A stretch of 64,000 bases of DNA from Lama guanicoe (lineage: Eukaryota), in assembly GCA_013239625.1 (NCBI GenBank), contig MU053881.1, positions 12,538,879 through 12,602,878 on the forward strand. Reading direction: 5' to 3'. Each line of letters opens with the position of its first letter. Within the stretch, counting starts at the first letter, position 1. The notes under the pieces were generated by a model, which searched no databases, had not been told where the DNA came from, and saw nothing but the letters and a program-made list of their open reading frames with translations. Below are positions 35,026 through 46,080 of this stretch, in pieces. The position numbers were made by a program, and so were the translations under genes.

Positions 35026-38000
35026 AAAACTTCTTACTGTCTTACAGTTTAACTGAGAAACAGGATAATACCCTCTTTATAAAAGTAGGAATCAAACTCT
35101 AGTGTTAAAGATCTTTATAATCCCTCATCATTGTTAAATATGATAATTTTGTTACAGATACCATGATACTCCTTCCCACACCATGAAACTCAAGCTCCAT
35201 AGGCATCCTGGGCAAACAAAGGCAAAAATAGAGATCAGACTTATTTTGAACTTGGTAACAATAGGACATCAGGCTGGTTTTAGGCATAACTTAAAGAAGA
35301 AAGGTTTTATGCAGCTTGTAGACGAGCTCCTGTGCATTATGACAGTGTTTTTCAGTCTCCTTATCTTCCTCATCCTTACTTCAGTTTCCATAGCAACACA
35401 CAATCCCTGAGCAGCTGATGTTTGCTTTTAAACCTTTGCTCTTGTTGACAGTCTGTTGTCTATAACACTGCCAATTAAATTTTAGTGTCCAAGCATTCCA
35501 GACTCCCCACTGCCTAATATAATAATATTTTAAGTTTTTGTGGTTGTAACTCCCGGTCAATAAACATCAGTTAATAAAAACATCCTTATTTTCTTTGACT
35601 ATTAATAAAGTAAATGAAAAACAAGCTTTCTTTGGCCTTATCTAGTCCTTAGAAAGAAAAAGAAAAGTTGTATTTGTTATCTCCAGGTAAGAAATTGTTG
35701 CAAGTGTGAGAAAAGAATTTCTGTAGTAATTTATCTGGGAAAACAATGATTTCAATAACTTTACAGTTTATCAGTTTCTTTGTTAAGACAGAGAGAAAGA
35801 TGCAAAATATGAATATTTAAGTTTTTTTTTAGACCCATTCATTCAGATTCTTTTTGATGGACTCAAAGATACCAACATTCATGGTTTCATCCATTTGTCA
35901 TCTGCTTTAAATGTTTAAATGGAGTGACATGAAATTTCTTACTCAATGACCTATATGTGATCTTGATCTTATTATGTCAAGCACTGTGACTTCGTTTTTC
36001 CAGTTACTCTTTAAAGCCTCTTGCCTCACTGTCTCCTGTATTGAGTTCAGTCCCCAGATCTCTTCTAAATCATTATTTGAAATTGACAGAGGACTGATTA
36101 AACCACCTCCTACTGTAAGGGATGTCAGGGAAAGAGAGTTGTTTTAGATTCCTGTGTGTAATTTCAATGCGTATTATTTGCAAGTGGCGTGAATTATACT
36201 TCTAGTCACTTAATTTTTTAATCTATCTATTTATCTATCTTTTACTTTGGTAGCTTAACTGAAGTACAGTTCACATACCATAAAATTCACCTGTTTTAAG
36301 TGTAAAATTTAATGATTTTAGTAAATTATAGAGTCGTGCAGTCATCACTATAATCTGGTTTTAGAACATTTCTTTCAACTCAGAAAATCCCTTGTGGCTG
36401 TTTGCAGTCAATTTCTGTTCCTACCTCCAGCATCAGGCAACCACTGATCTGCTGTCTGTTTTTTCAGTTTTCCTGTTCAGAACATTTAGCTTGAATGGAC
36501 TTATACAATGCATAATCTTTTCATCTTTTATGTAATGTTTTTGAGCATATTGTAGCATGGATCAGTTGTTAGCTATTTTTTATTGGTGAATAGTATTCCA
36601 TTGAGTAGATATACTATAGTTTCTTCATTCTTTTTCTAGTTGGTAGACATTTGAATTGTTTCCAGTATTTGGCTATTTTGAATAATACTCCTGTGAGCAT
36701 TTGTGTATAAGTTTTTGTGTGGATATGTTTTTGTTTCTGTTAGGCGGGAATAAAATTGTTGTGTTTTTAAAAAGTTATTGTGTTTTATGTTAAGCTTATT
36801 GTTTAACTTTTTAAGAAACTGCCAAACCATTTTACAGTCTCAGCAACAATGCATGAGAGTTTTAGTCTCTCCACATACTTGCCAACACTTGTGATTATCT
36901 GCTTTGGAGTAGAGTCATTCTAGTGAGTATAAAGCTGTATCTCACTGTGGTTTTAATTTGCATATCTCAAATGACTAATAATATTGAGCACTTTTTCTTA
37001 TGATTGTTAGCTATTTGTATGTTCTCTCATGAAATATCTATTCAAACCTTTTGCCCATTTTTCTATTGGTGGTTTGTATTTCCATTTTTTATTTCTAAGA
37101 GTTTTTTCTCTTTAAAAAGTAATCTAGATATGAGATTCATTAACTATTTGAATGTTTTCTCCCAGTTTGCAGTTAATTTTTTTTCTTAATGGTATATTTT
37201 GAAATGCAAAAGTTTTATACTTTTCGATGGAATATGATTAACTGATCCATTTTGAGTTTTATTTGAGTATGGTATGAATAAAGGGTCTAAATTCATAATT
37301 TTGCTTATTGAGATCCAATTGTCCCAACATTATCCTTTTTTAATTCTTAACACCTTTATTGAAAATCAGCTGGCTATAGATGTAAAGATTTATTTCTGGA
37401 CTCTCAATTCTGTTCCATTGATCTATATATCTGTTCTTTGGCCAGTGCTATACAGTCTTGATTGCTGCAGATTTATTGTATGTTTTGAAATTAGACTGAG
37501 TCCTCCTACTTTTTGTTTTTCAAATTATTTTCTTTGCTTTTTCATATAAATTTTGGGGTCAACTTGTCAATTTCTGCAAAAAAAAAAAAAAACAAACAAC
37601 CCTGCTGGAATGTTGATAGAGGTTGCATTGACTCTAAAGGTCAACTTAGGGAAGATTACCATCTTACACTATTGAATCTTTCAATTCATTACTACAGAAT
37701 GTGTCTTCATTTATTTAAATCTTCAGTTTTTTGCAGCAGTGTTTTGTAGTTTTCAGTATACTAATCTTGACTGCTTTTGTTAAATTTATTTGTAAGTATT
37801 TTGTTCTTTTTTGATGGTATTGTGAATATAAATTCTTTCTTAATTTTCTTTTCTAATTGCTCATTGTTAGTGTATAAAATGCAATGAATTATTAAATATT
37901 AGTCTTGTATTCTGTGAACTTGCTGATCTTGTTTATTTGTTCTAGCAGAGTTTTTGTGGATTTTGTAGGATTTTCTACAGGATTTTATTGTTTGTTGATG

Positions 38001-38896
38001 AAGAAATTTTCACAATTTTACTGCTTTTTTTCTTCCTTTCCACTATTATTATTATTTATTATTATTATTTTGCTTTATTGCACTGGCTAGAATCCTCCAG
38101 TATGGTGTTGAATAGAAGTGATAGCAGGGAAGATAGTGACAGCCTTGTCTTATTCCCAAACTTAGAGGGGAAGCAAAGTCTAGTTTGATATTAGCTATAG
38201 ATTTTCTTAAATGCTCTTTATCAAGTTGAAGAGGGTTCCCTTTTATTCCTACTTTCCTATTCAAATCATGAATATGGTGAATTTTTGTCAGATGCCTTTT
38301 CTGCATTTATTGAGATGGTCATGTGTTTTTGGTTCTTTAGTCTATTACATATATTACATTGATTGGTCTTGAGATATTAAAACAATTTTACCCATTTGAT
38401 GATGGTGTATAATCATTATTATGTAATACTGGATTTAGCTTGCCAATATTTTGTTGAGGAATTTTTACATCTACTTTCATAAGGAATATTGTTCTGTAGT
38501 TTATTTTCTTGTTACATCTTTGTTTAATACTGATCTCACGGAATTTTATGGAAGAGTTAATGAAATAATATAGTTTCTCCTTTTTCTAGAATCAAATTTA
38601 GTGATTAAGTTAGTTATTGTACTTTTCAAATCCAAATTTTCATTTAAGAATCCTTTCTATTTAAGTTGTCTATTTAATATGTCATTGTCATAACTTCCTT
38701 CAATTCTTTAAATATGGTTCTTTTGGTACCTTGAACATATTTATGGTAGTTGTTTTGTGGTCTTTCTTTGCCAAGCCCAACATCTGGGAACCCTTAGAAA
38801 CATTTCCAATTGCCTATTTTTTTCCTCCCTCAGTAGGGATCAAACTTTCCTGTTTCTTTTCATATCTTATTTTGTTGATGTTGTTGAAACTGGACA

Positions 38897-39079
38897 CTTT
38901 TTACTGATGTATAGTTGATTTACAATGTTATATTAGTTTCTGGTGTTCAGCAGAGTGATTCATATATAAATGTATTCTTTTTCATATTCTTCATATTCTT
39001 CACTTCATATTCTTTTTTATTACAGGCTACTGCAAGCCATTGACTATAGTTTCCTGTGGTATACAGTAGGACCTTGTTG
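38897..39079 (-). mobile_element. Short cetartiodactyl L1 3' end
   Basis: tatagttgatttacaatgtt...ttcatattct...tatacagtaggaccttgttg. Confidence 0.8.
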
Positions 39080-39347
39080 AAACTTATTAAACATAATTTT
39101 AGATTATGAGTTTTCCCCTTCTAGGTTTTGTTGTTGTTGTTGTTATAACTATTTTGTTTGTTGTTTAAGTAACTTGCCTCTTCCAATTCTGTGGCGTCTG
39201 TCTCCTCCTTGATGTGTAGCCACTGATGTCTCTGTTGACTGTTTTTGTTGTTGTTTTTTCCCTTAATTTTTGTTTTTATTTCAACATCTGACTTCCTTGG
39301 GGTCACCCTTGAGTCAGCACAACTTGATGTTTATCAGAGGTTGTATT

Positions 39348-39858
39348 TGTAGGTGTGGAAAAATATCTTTCCTCTCCTCATCTTAGATTCCTGGCTGGGG
39401 TTCTGTAATAAAAGACAGATTAACAAGAATGAAAAAAACCACAGAAGTTTTATATATATAAAACTCAAGGAACAATAACTCAGAGCTCTGGGCTTAGAAT
39501 TCAGTCTTATACGGTATCTCCAACAAGTAACAATAAATCTGCAAAGAAATGATAGGACAAAGGAATGCAATTGTGTATTTCAAGAGCAACGAACTATGGG
39601 AAGGTAAATATACGGGAAACTAATGGTAGATAAAGGTTGCTGGGCTAATAGAGTCTAAAGTTGTCTCCAGTGATTAACCTTTATCCTTCCTGGTAGAGGA
39701 GGGAGGAGGGACACCTTTGAAAATTTGTGTTCAGCTTTTAGGCAAATAGGGAGAAGGCAGGAAACTTTTCCTATATCTGCTTCTCAGATGCCTTCAGGTC
39801 AAAATAATTCTTGTGCAAAAGTAGCATATTTTGGGGTTACGTATTCTGACTTCCTTCA
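39348..39858 (-). mobile_element. ERV1 (MER34-like) solo LTR
   Basis: TGTAGG...CCTTCA termini; TSD tatt/tgtt. Confidence 0.8.
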
Positions 39859-40639
39859 TGTTTAGACATCTCAAGTCAGTAACATTTCCACCCTTTGCTG
39901 ATGGTTATGTGTGTGGTTTGGGGAATGCATTCAAAGTTCCATCAGTTTACAAGACTTCCCTCATTTTTATTTGCTGTGTCACCTCTGCACGTGTGCATGG
40001 CCTTGTATTCAGCCCGGGGTGTGTGGTTTCCCTCTTGTCTCACCTTGTCCTTATGCATAGTCTCTCAGACCACCAGGGATGTGTGGTTGCTTATCAAGGG
40101 CCAATGTGCCTGTCTCATTCTCTGGCTCTCCCTGTTAAATTTCTAGCTAGTCTGCCACCTTGTTACTAAACCCAACCAGAAGCATCACCTCAGGCCAGCT
40201 GTGACCTTGGTCTTCCCCATTCTCTTAACATTAAGATTCCTATTCTTTTTGACAGTGTATAGGAATGTGGGCTTTTTCTGACTTTTCCTCCAAATCAACA
40301 TCCCTCTCAGGCAATGAAACTACTGTTTTTCACAGCTTGCCCCACCCTAGTAGATCTATGAAGCTGTTGTTGCTGGGTGGGGGGGTTGGAAGCAATTCCA
40401 GGCTAAAATCCCATAGACTCCCTCTGTTATGACCCAAGGTTTAGGGTTTTTCCCTTGAATAAATGTATCTCAATCTGTTGAATGTCTTCAGTTCATTTTC
40501 AGTGAAGTTGTACCTTTGGTCCTTTCCAAAATTCTGAAATGTTAGTTTTTGACAATTTTGTTCAGTTTTATCAATGGATCCATTGAGCTTCTTACTTCAG
40601 AACTCCAAAAGTCCTGCTCAACTCACTTTTTAGCAGTTG

Positions 40640-41231
40640 TGTTGTTGGAGAATAGGTTCTTGCCTCCCGCAGGAAAAAATTCACGGCATGGTAAAGTGAA
40701 AGTGATTTTATTTAGAGAGATACATGCTCTGCAGACAGAGGAGAGTCTGTCTCACTCAGAAGGGAAAACGGCTGAGGAGATACACTCTCAACAGGCAGAA
40801 TGCAGGCCTTCTTAAAAGATGAGAAGGAGAGAAGCCAAGAACTGTGGTGTGTTTAGTTGAAAGTAAAAATAGATACACACTCCATAGACAGAATGCGGGC
40901 CATCTCAGAAGACGAGAGAGAGAGAGGGACCACAGGGTGCAGAGTTGTTAGGTTTTATGGGCTTGGTAATTTCATGTGCTAATGAGTAGGAGGATTACTC
41001 CAACTACTCTGGGGAAGGGGCGGGGATTTCCAGAAATCTGGCCCCCGGGTCCACTTTTTGGCCTTGTATGGTCAACCTAGAACTGTCATGGCGCCTATGG
41101 GTGTGCCATGAGGCTCAAGGACTACTGGAAGTCAAATCTTCCACCATATTGGTTCTAACAAGATGATCCTGTTCTCAACTGCTGTGTCATTCCTTCAGTA
41201 GTCGTGCCCTGCTCCCTTCCCTCCTGTTCTC
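40640..41231 (-). mobile_element. ERV1-class solo LTR with an internal triplicated motif
   Basis: Starts TGTTG; tttatt (minus-strand polyA signal) near 40707; related in layout to the LTR at 8831-9473. Confidence 0.75.
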
Positions 41232-41758
41232 TGGGCCATAAAGATAAGGTTATAAAGCCTATTTATTTAAGATTAAAAAATTTTTTTCTATCATTAAACA
41301 CAATGGGTTTGTTGATTTTCTAGGCATTTGGCACATATTGCCTTCTAATAATCATCTTTTCTTTGCTTACAATTTGCTTGTAGTTACTCAAAACAGTTGT
41401 TAAGGTGTGATGATATTTTATTTAAAATTTTCCTTATCATCTGCTAATTTACTAACCTTATAGTATATTGGTTAGCAAACATTTTCACTGAATTCTAGTG
41501 TTTGGTTCTCCCTCTGACGTACATCTACCTGATTCTTTACTTTGCAGAGAGTCATGTGCTGTTTTGTAAGATGTGGAGATTGTTAAGTTAAAATTCTTTC
41601 CCTTTCTGCTCTTTCATTTACCTCTGTGTTTCGTGGCTTTCCCCAGTCTCCCATCTCAAGGACATCTTTTCAACTAGTTTCAGACCCCAATCTGGACCAT
41701 CTGTGTTCAGTCCTGCCTCTTACATCTGTCTTTTTGCTTATTTATAGTCTTCTCCTCG

Positions 41759-42476
41759 TGTTGTTGAACCCAAGTTTGTGTGCCCGATGCACAGTGAGGC
41801 CAAACAAACCAAAACATCACAGCTTGAAATGGGTAAAGTTCTACTGCAGGGGTGAGCAAGGAGAATGGCGTGGCTCATGCTCAAAAGACCCAAACTCCCC
41901 AGTGGTTTTCAGGGAACAGTTTTTTTTCGGAAAAATCTGGGGGGAGATCTGCAGGGTGTATGACCTTCCTCTGATTGGTTTGTTGGGGAGGTAACACGGT
42001 GGTTACCTCAATCAGCTTTCTGGCTCCAACCAGTCATGCTTGTGCTTAGCCTGAAGTTTCCATCCTTCCCCTGGCTGGGGGCCTTAATTCCTGTAGAAGA
42101 ACTCAGGAATAAGGATTAGATCGTTACATATGTCCCTTGAGGAGGAACCGGGACCAGAGCTCCCTCTCTGTACTATCGTTTCTTTCTGCATTCCCTCACT
42201 TCCCTAATTAGTGACTGTTTGAATCTGCCCTTTATAACTCAGGGAAGGTCTAGGAGGCTGAAACCTTTTTCCTACAAATAAGAAATGGGGGACACGGAAA
42301 GGCTTTCATGACCAGGAGGGCCCCACAGAGTCTTGCTTGCTTTCAGTCCCCGCTTTTCTTTGATAGGCCTTAATCTTGAGGAGAACAGGTGTTGGGCAAG
42401 AAAGGGAGTAACATTTTGATTAGAGGTTAATCATAAACTTGGCAGAGGAACTCAGTTTTAGGGGGATTCAGTTTCA
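41759..42476 (-). mobile_element. ERV1-class solo LTR
   Basis: TGTTG...GTTTCA termini; TSD ctcg/ctct; gcccgatgcacagtgaggccaaacaaacc motif. Confidence 0.8.
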
Positions 42477-42899
42477 CTCTTTTTTTTTTTTGAAAGGCCT
42501 GATACTGTCTTAAAAATAACTGTAAAATCTTTTAAAAAGAAAAGTCTCTTGCTCAAGTGGAATGGTACAGCAGCATTCAGGCCTAGAAGATATGGATGTG
42601 GTTCTGATTCTTCTCATCTATAAAATGAAGAGGTTAGACTTGTTCAGTTCCAGGATTACCTCTCTATATAACTCTGTGATTGTGTGCATTTGAATTCCTG
42701 TATTAACTGCAAAGTGTGCCTATTTAATAGATTTGGTCTTAAACATATTAAAACCCAATTAACATGTATGTGCAACTAATGAGAAGGATACGTGTGTATT
42801 AATTAATTGCTCACTTAATAAAATTGGGAGGTGAGGTGAAATTCAAGGATTGAAATAAACCTTCTCCCATTTTTCATGCCATGTTCTCGAACACAGACT

Positions 42900-43040
42900 G
42901 TCTTGCAGAGGTGATTAGAGGCCACTAGCTCCTTTTTTCACAGACGAGGCGAGCATTGAGAAGTTAATGGACTCGCAGTCAAGGTCACAGAGGAGGTTAG
43001 TGTGAGAGCCAGAAATGGGATTTCAGACTCTAAATAGCCT
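42900..43040 (-). mobile_element. MIR SINE
   Basis: ttttcacagacgagg...gagaagttaatggactcg..caaggtcacag. Confidence 0.65.
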
Positions 43041-43469
43041 TCTGTTCCTTGCTCATCCACCAGCCTTTGCCGCTGCCTTCTCCTAGTTCTGTTTTTAGAA
43101 ACACATTTAGCCCATTTTGAGTTGTGCTAATTATTCAGTGTGTATTAAATATCAATGTGAATACTGAGACTGAAAAAATTTGCCACATATTCATTGCGAC
43201 TACACACTCTGAGCACGTGCTTGGTTTGTAAATGTCACTGTAATAATTTCAGCATGTAACAGTACTTTGATACTTATGTTAGATATAATTGCTGTTTTAT
43301 AGGTTTATGCTAAATTTTATTTGAAATGTCTCAAAGCAAATATGGTCATTTTATTTACTCCCTGTTAGAGGGGGTAAACATATTTTTTCATTGCTTCAAC
43401 ACTCTGCTTCCTTTTGGTGAGATTCAGAATTAATATTGGCTCCTTTGCCTCACTCAGTGAGTAAGAACT

Positions 43470-43680
43470 GCCCTTAACTGAGCATCTACTATCTGGCAGG
43501 CCTCATGCTAGGTGCTTTACAAAGAAGATGTCTAATTCTTGAAATAGTCCTGCCAACTGGGACTTGCTTTGCAGGTAGGAAACAGGCTTACAGAGACGAG
43601 TGACTTAGGGGCTCACTGCTTGTAGGTGGTGTAAACAGTTTTCAGCAACAGAACTCTGGCCCCAAAGCTTGCTTCCTTTT
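43470..43680 (-). mobile_element. MIR SINE
   Basis: actgagcatctactatctggcaggcctcatgctaggtgctttaca...ggaaacaggctt. Confidence 0.7.
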
Positions 43681-43909
43681 CCTTACCCCATATGTACCCT
43701 CCCTGCCTACCTCCCTGCCCACTGACTCTTTTAAGAGATTTTTGTGCATGTTAGTTATTTTATTTTATTTTTACTTTTGGTCTGTTCTGCATCCGGTTTT
43801 TGGGGCAATTGTCTTTTTTTCTATACCCTGCTATCCTGAAAAGGTTGATTAGTTCCCTGCTAAAAGCATGGCCCTGTAACCCACATAGGGATGGCACAGT
43901 CAAAAGGCT

Positions 43910-44192
43910 AACATGGACACCCAGGAAGGCTCCTTTAGCTGAATTCGCAGGCTTCCAGGGCAACATATATTATTGCTGCCTTTATGCAGTGAGGGCTATC
44001 TGGGAGAGCAGAGATTAGGGAAGGAGCAAGAGACCAAACAAGGTTGTTTGAACCCCTCAACCATCTGTGCCTGAGGCCAGTCTACTCCCCTGTAACTTCC
44101 AGGTCAAATGTGGCAACATATTCCCACCATTGCTTAAACCAGCTTCAGTTGGGTTTCTGATACTAGTAACCAAACAATCCTAATTGAGAATT
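43910..44192 (+). mobile_element. Decayed ERVL/MaLR LTR 3' part
   Basis: gcttaaaccagcttcagttgggtttctgatactagtaaccaaacaatcctaat is a typical ERVL LTR end. Confidence 0.45.
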
Positions 44193-46049
44193 CCTAACAC
44201 ATACAGATATTTACAGTGCTTGAATAGTATTGTGGGGCTTGTCAGTATGTACTACTGGCTGTTTGGGGGTTGCATGGCTGTTGCAGGTGACCAGCCCAAG
44301 CTCTGCACCCTGGAGCTCCAGCAAAGCCATCCGTTTGCCTCTTGCCTCCAGTACGTGATGTTCACGCCGACTGGAGATGCCCAGTCATCTTCCACAGTTG
44401 GGAAGGGCAGTCTGCGGGGAAAAGATGCAAATGACTTAAAAATGATAAGCTCTTCTTAAGGTTGCATTTAATTTGATGTGCTGAAGCTTCTGTTCTTGGT
44501 GCTGAATATTCATGTTGAGTGAGGAGTCCCTGAGGCTTCACAACAGTGTCATTTTCTACCATTTCAGAGTGGAGAGAAATGTGCTTTTTGCCCGGTAATG
44601 TGCCCTAGGGGTGTTGAAGGTGAGCCAAGGGATGTTTTTAACCATTTATGTTCTGCTAAGTCACTTTTACAAAAAGCTCACAATTCAGAAAATATTAAGG
44701 GCACTATGAGGGCTTTTGCTTAATTACTAGTAAACTTGTTTCTAAATGAGGATACATGAAGGGCAAAAAGGCGTATGTAACCCATCTTTTAATAAACCCT
44801 GATTAAAGTCAGTATGAGGTGCCTGCATTATTTCAAAGTTATTAACTTCTTGACTCAGTTTAAATTGCCATAAATTACATCTGCACCAATGACTTAGCCA
44901 ACCTCTTCCCCCAGTAGTGCAAAATGTCACGGAATGATAACAGGGTTAGAAGTAAATTGAAGCCAGAATGAAATCTTTATTTATGCAGGTTGATAGGATT
45001 CCTTATCACTGCTCACTGTTAGAATGCAAAGACTTGCTATCTTTTTACTTGCCAGCATTTTTAGTCACGCTATAGAGAGATTTCTTAATAAATACTATTC
45101 TGAGGGGTTTGCCTTGAGGGAAGCAGAGTGAATGACAGGACGGAGTGAAATGTGGTTAGATTAGAAAAATAGAAGCAGACCTCTTACCCAAAGCAATTAG
45201 GAACAATGGGTGGTGGGCTAATTGAAAAAGTCATTTAAAGAGGGACTCATAAAAAAATGAAACATACTCTCAACTTAAATATTTTACTTTAATGTAAACC
45301 ATTTAAATATAAATTCATTTGCCAACCTCACTAATGTAATCTGAGGCCCTTATTTGAGGGGAGCACCACTCATTGGAGTTCTTTATCTTTTTACTTGACT
45401 AAACTGCACCCGTGAGTCTGTGTCACTCATACCCTGTTTCTAGGTTCCATTTCTTTAAAAAGAGTCAGAATTTTAAAATATTTGTGAAGCTGCCTACTTC
45501 CAGACTCCATCAAGATTTTCATGACTCCCCCATCTTATTCACACCTAATTTGATAGTAATTTTGATAGTGATCCTATTTAGAACGTCTTTTCAAAACATA
45601 CAATTTGATTGTCATAGAAAAACGCCTTTCATTCTTTTGGGCTCATTTCAGCAGTTTACACAATAGTTTATTAAGTGCTTTAACAACGTAACAAGTTCAG
45701 CTGGTCTAAACAGCATAGGAACAAAGAAACACAATTGACTCTTGGGAGGAATACAACCCAACTGGTGGGCCTGTAATTGGGCTGAATGCCAGAAAGAAGC
45801 CCATAAGTTTATCAGGCAATGGATGTTAGTCAGTTTGGTGAGTTTATCAGAGGGAGTGGAACAGGTCTGTTAACCTAGTGAATTGTTTAAATGAAGGTTA
45901 ATTAGAGGCTTTCTGAGTAAAATGTTTAGGAAGGAACTGGACTGGATCTTGTCCTTATTAACAGATCTTTTATTTTTTAAAGATTGCAGAGCTTTGCCTC
46001 AATGGGCAAGGAAAATGAACAACACACTTGTACCATTAAAAGCAGACTC

Positions 46050-46055
<6 letters not shown>

Positions 46056-46079
<24 letters not shown>
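46056..46079. repeat. (TG)12 microsatellite
   Basis: Read directly from the sequence. Confidence 0.95.

Positions 46080-46080
<1 letters not shown>

Larger units (their letters stand above)
36245..40620 (-). mobile_element. Old L1MB-type element (3' UTR and ORF2 to ~38570, decayed ORF1/5' region beyond) with nested insertions
   Basis: ttcacataccataaaattcacctgttttaagtgta...caggcaaccactgatctg; ORF 36636-36830 (VWQFLKKLN) resembles L1 ORF2. Confidence 0.8.
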
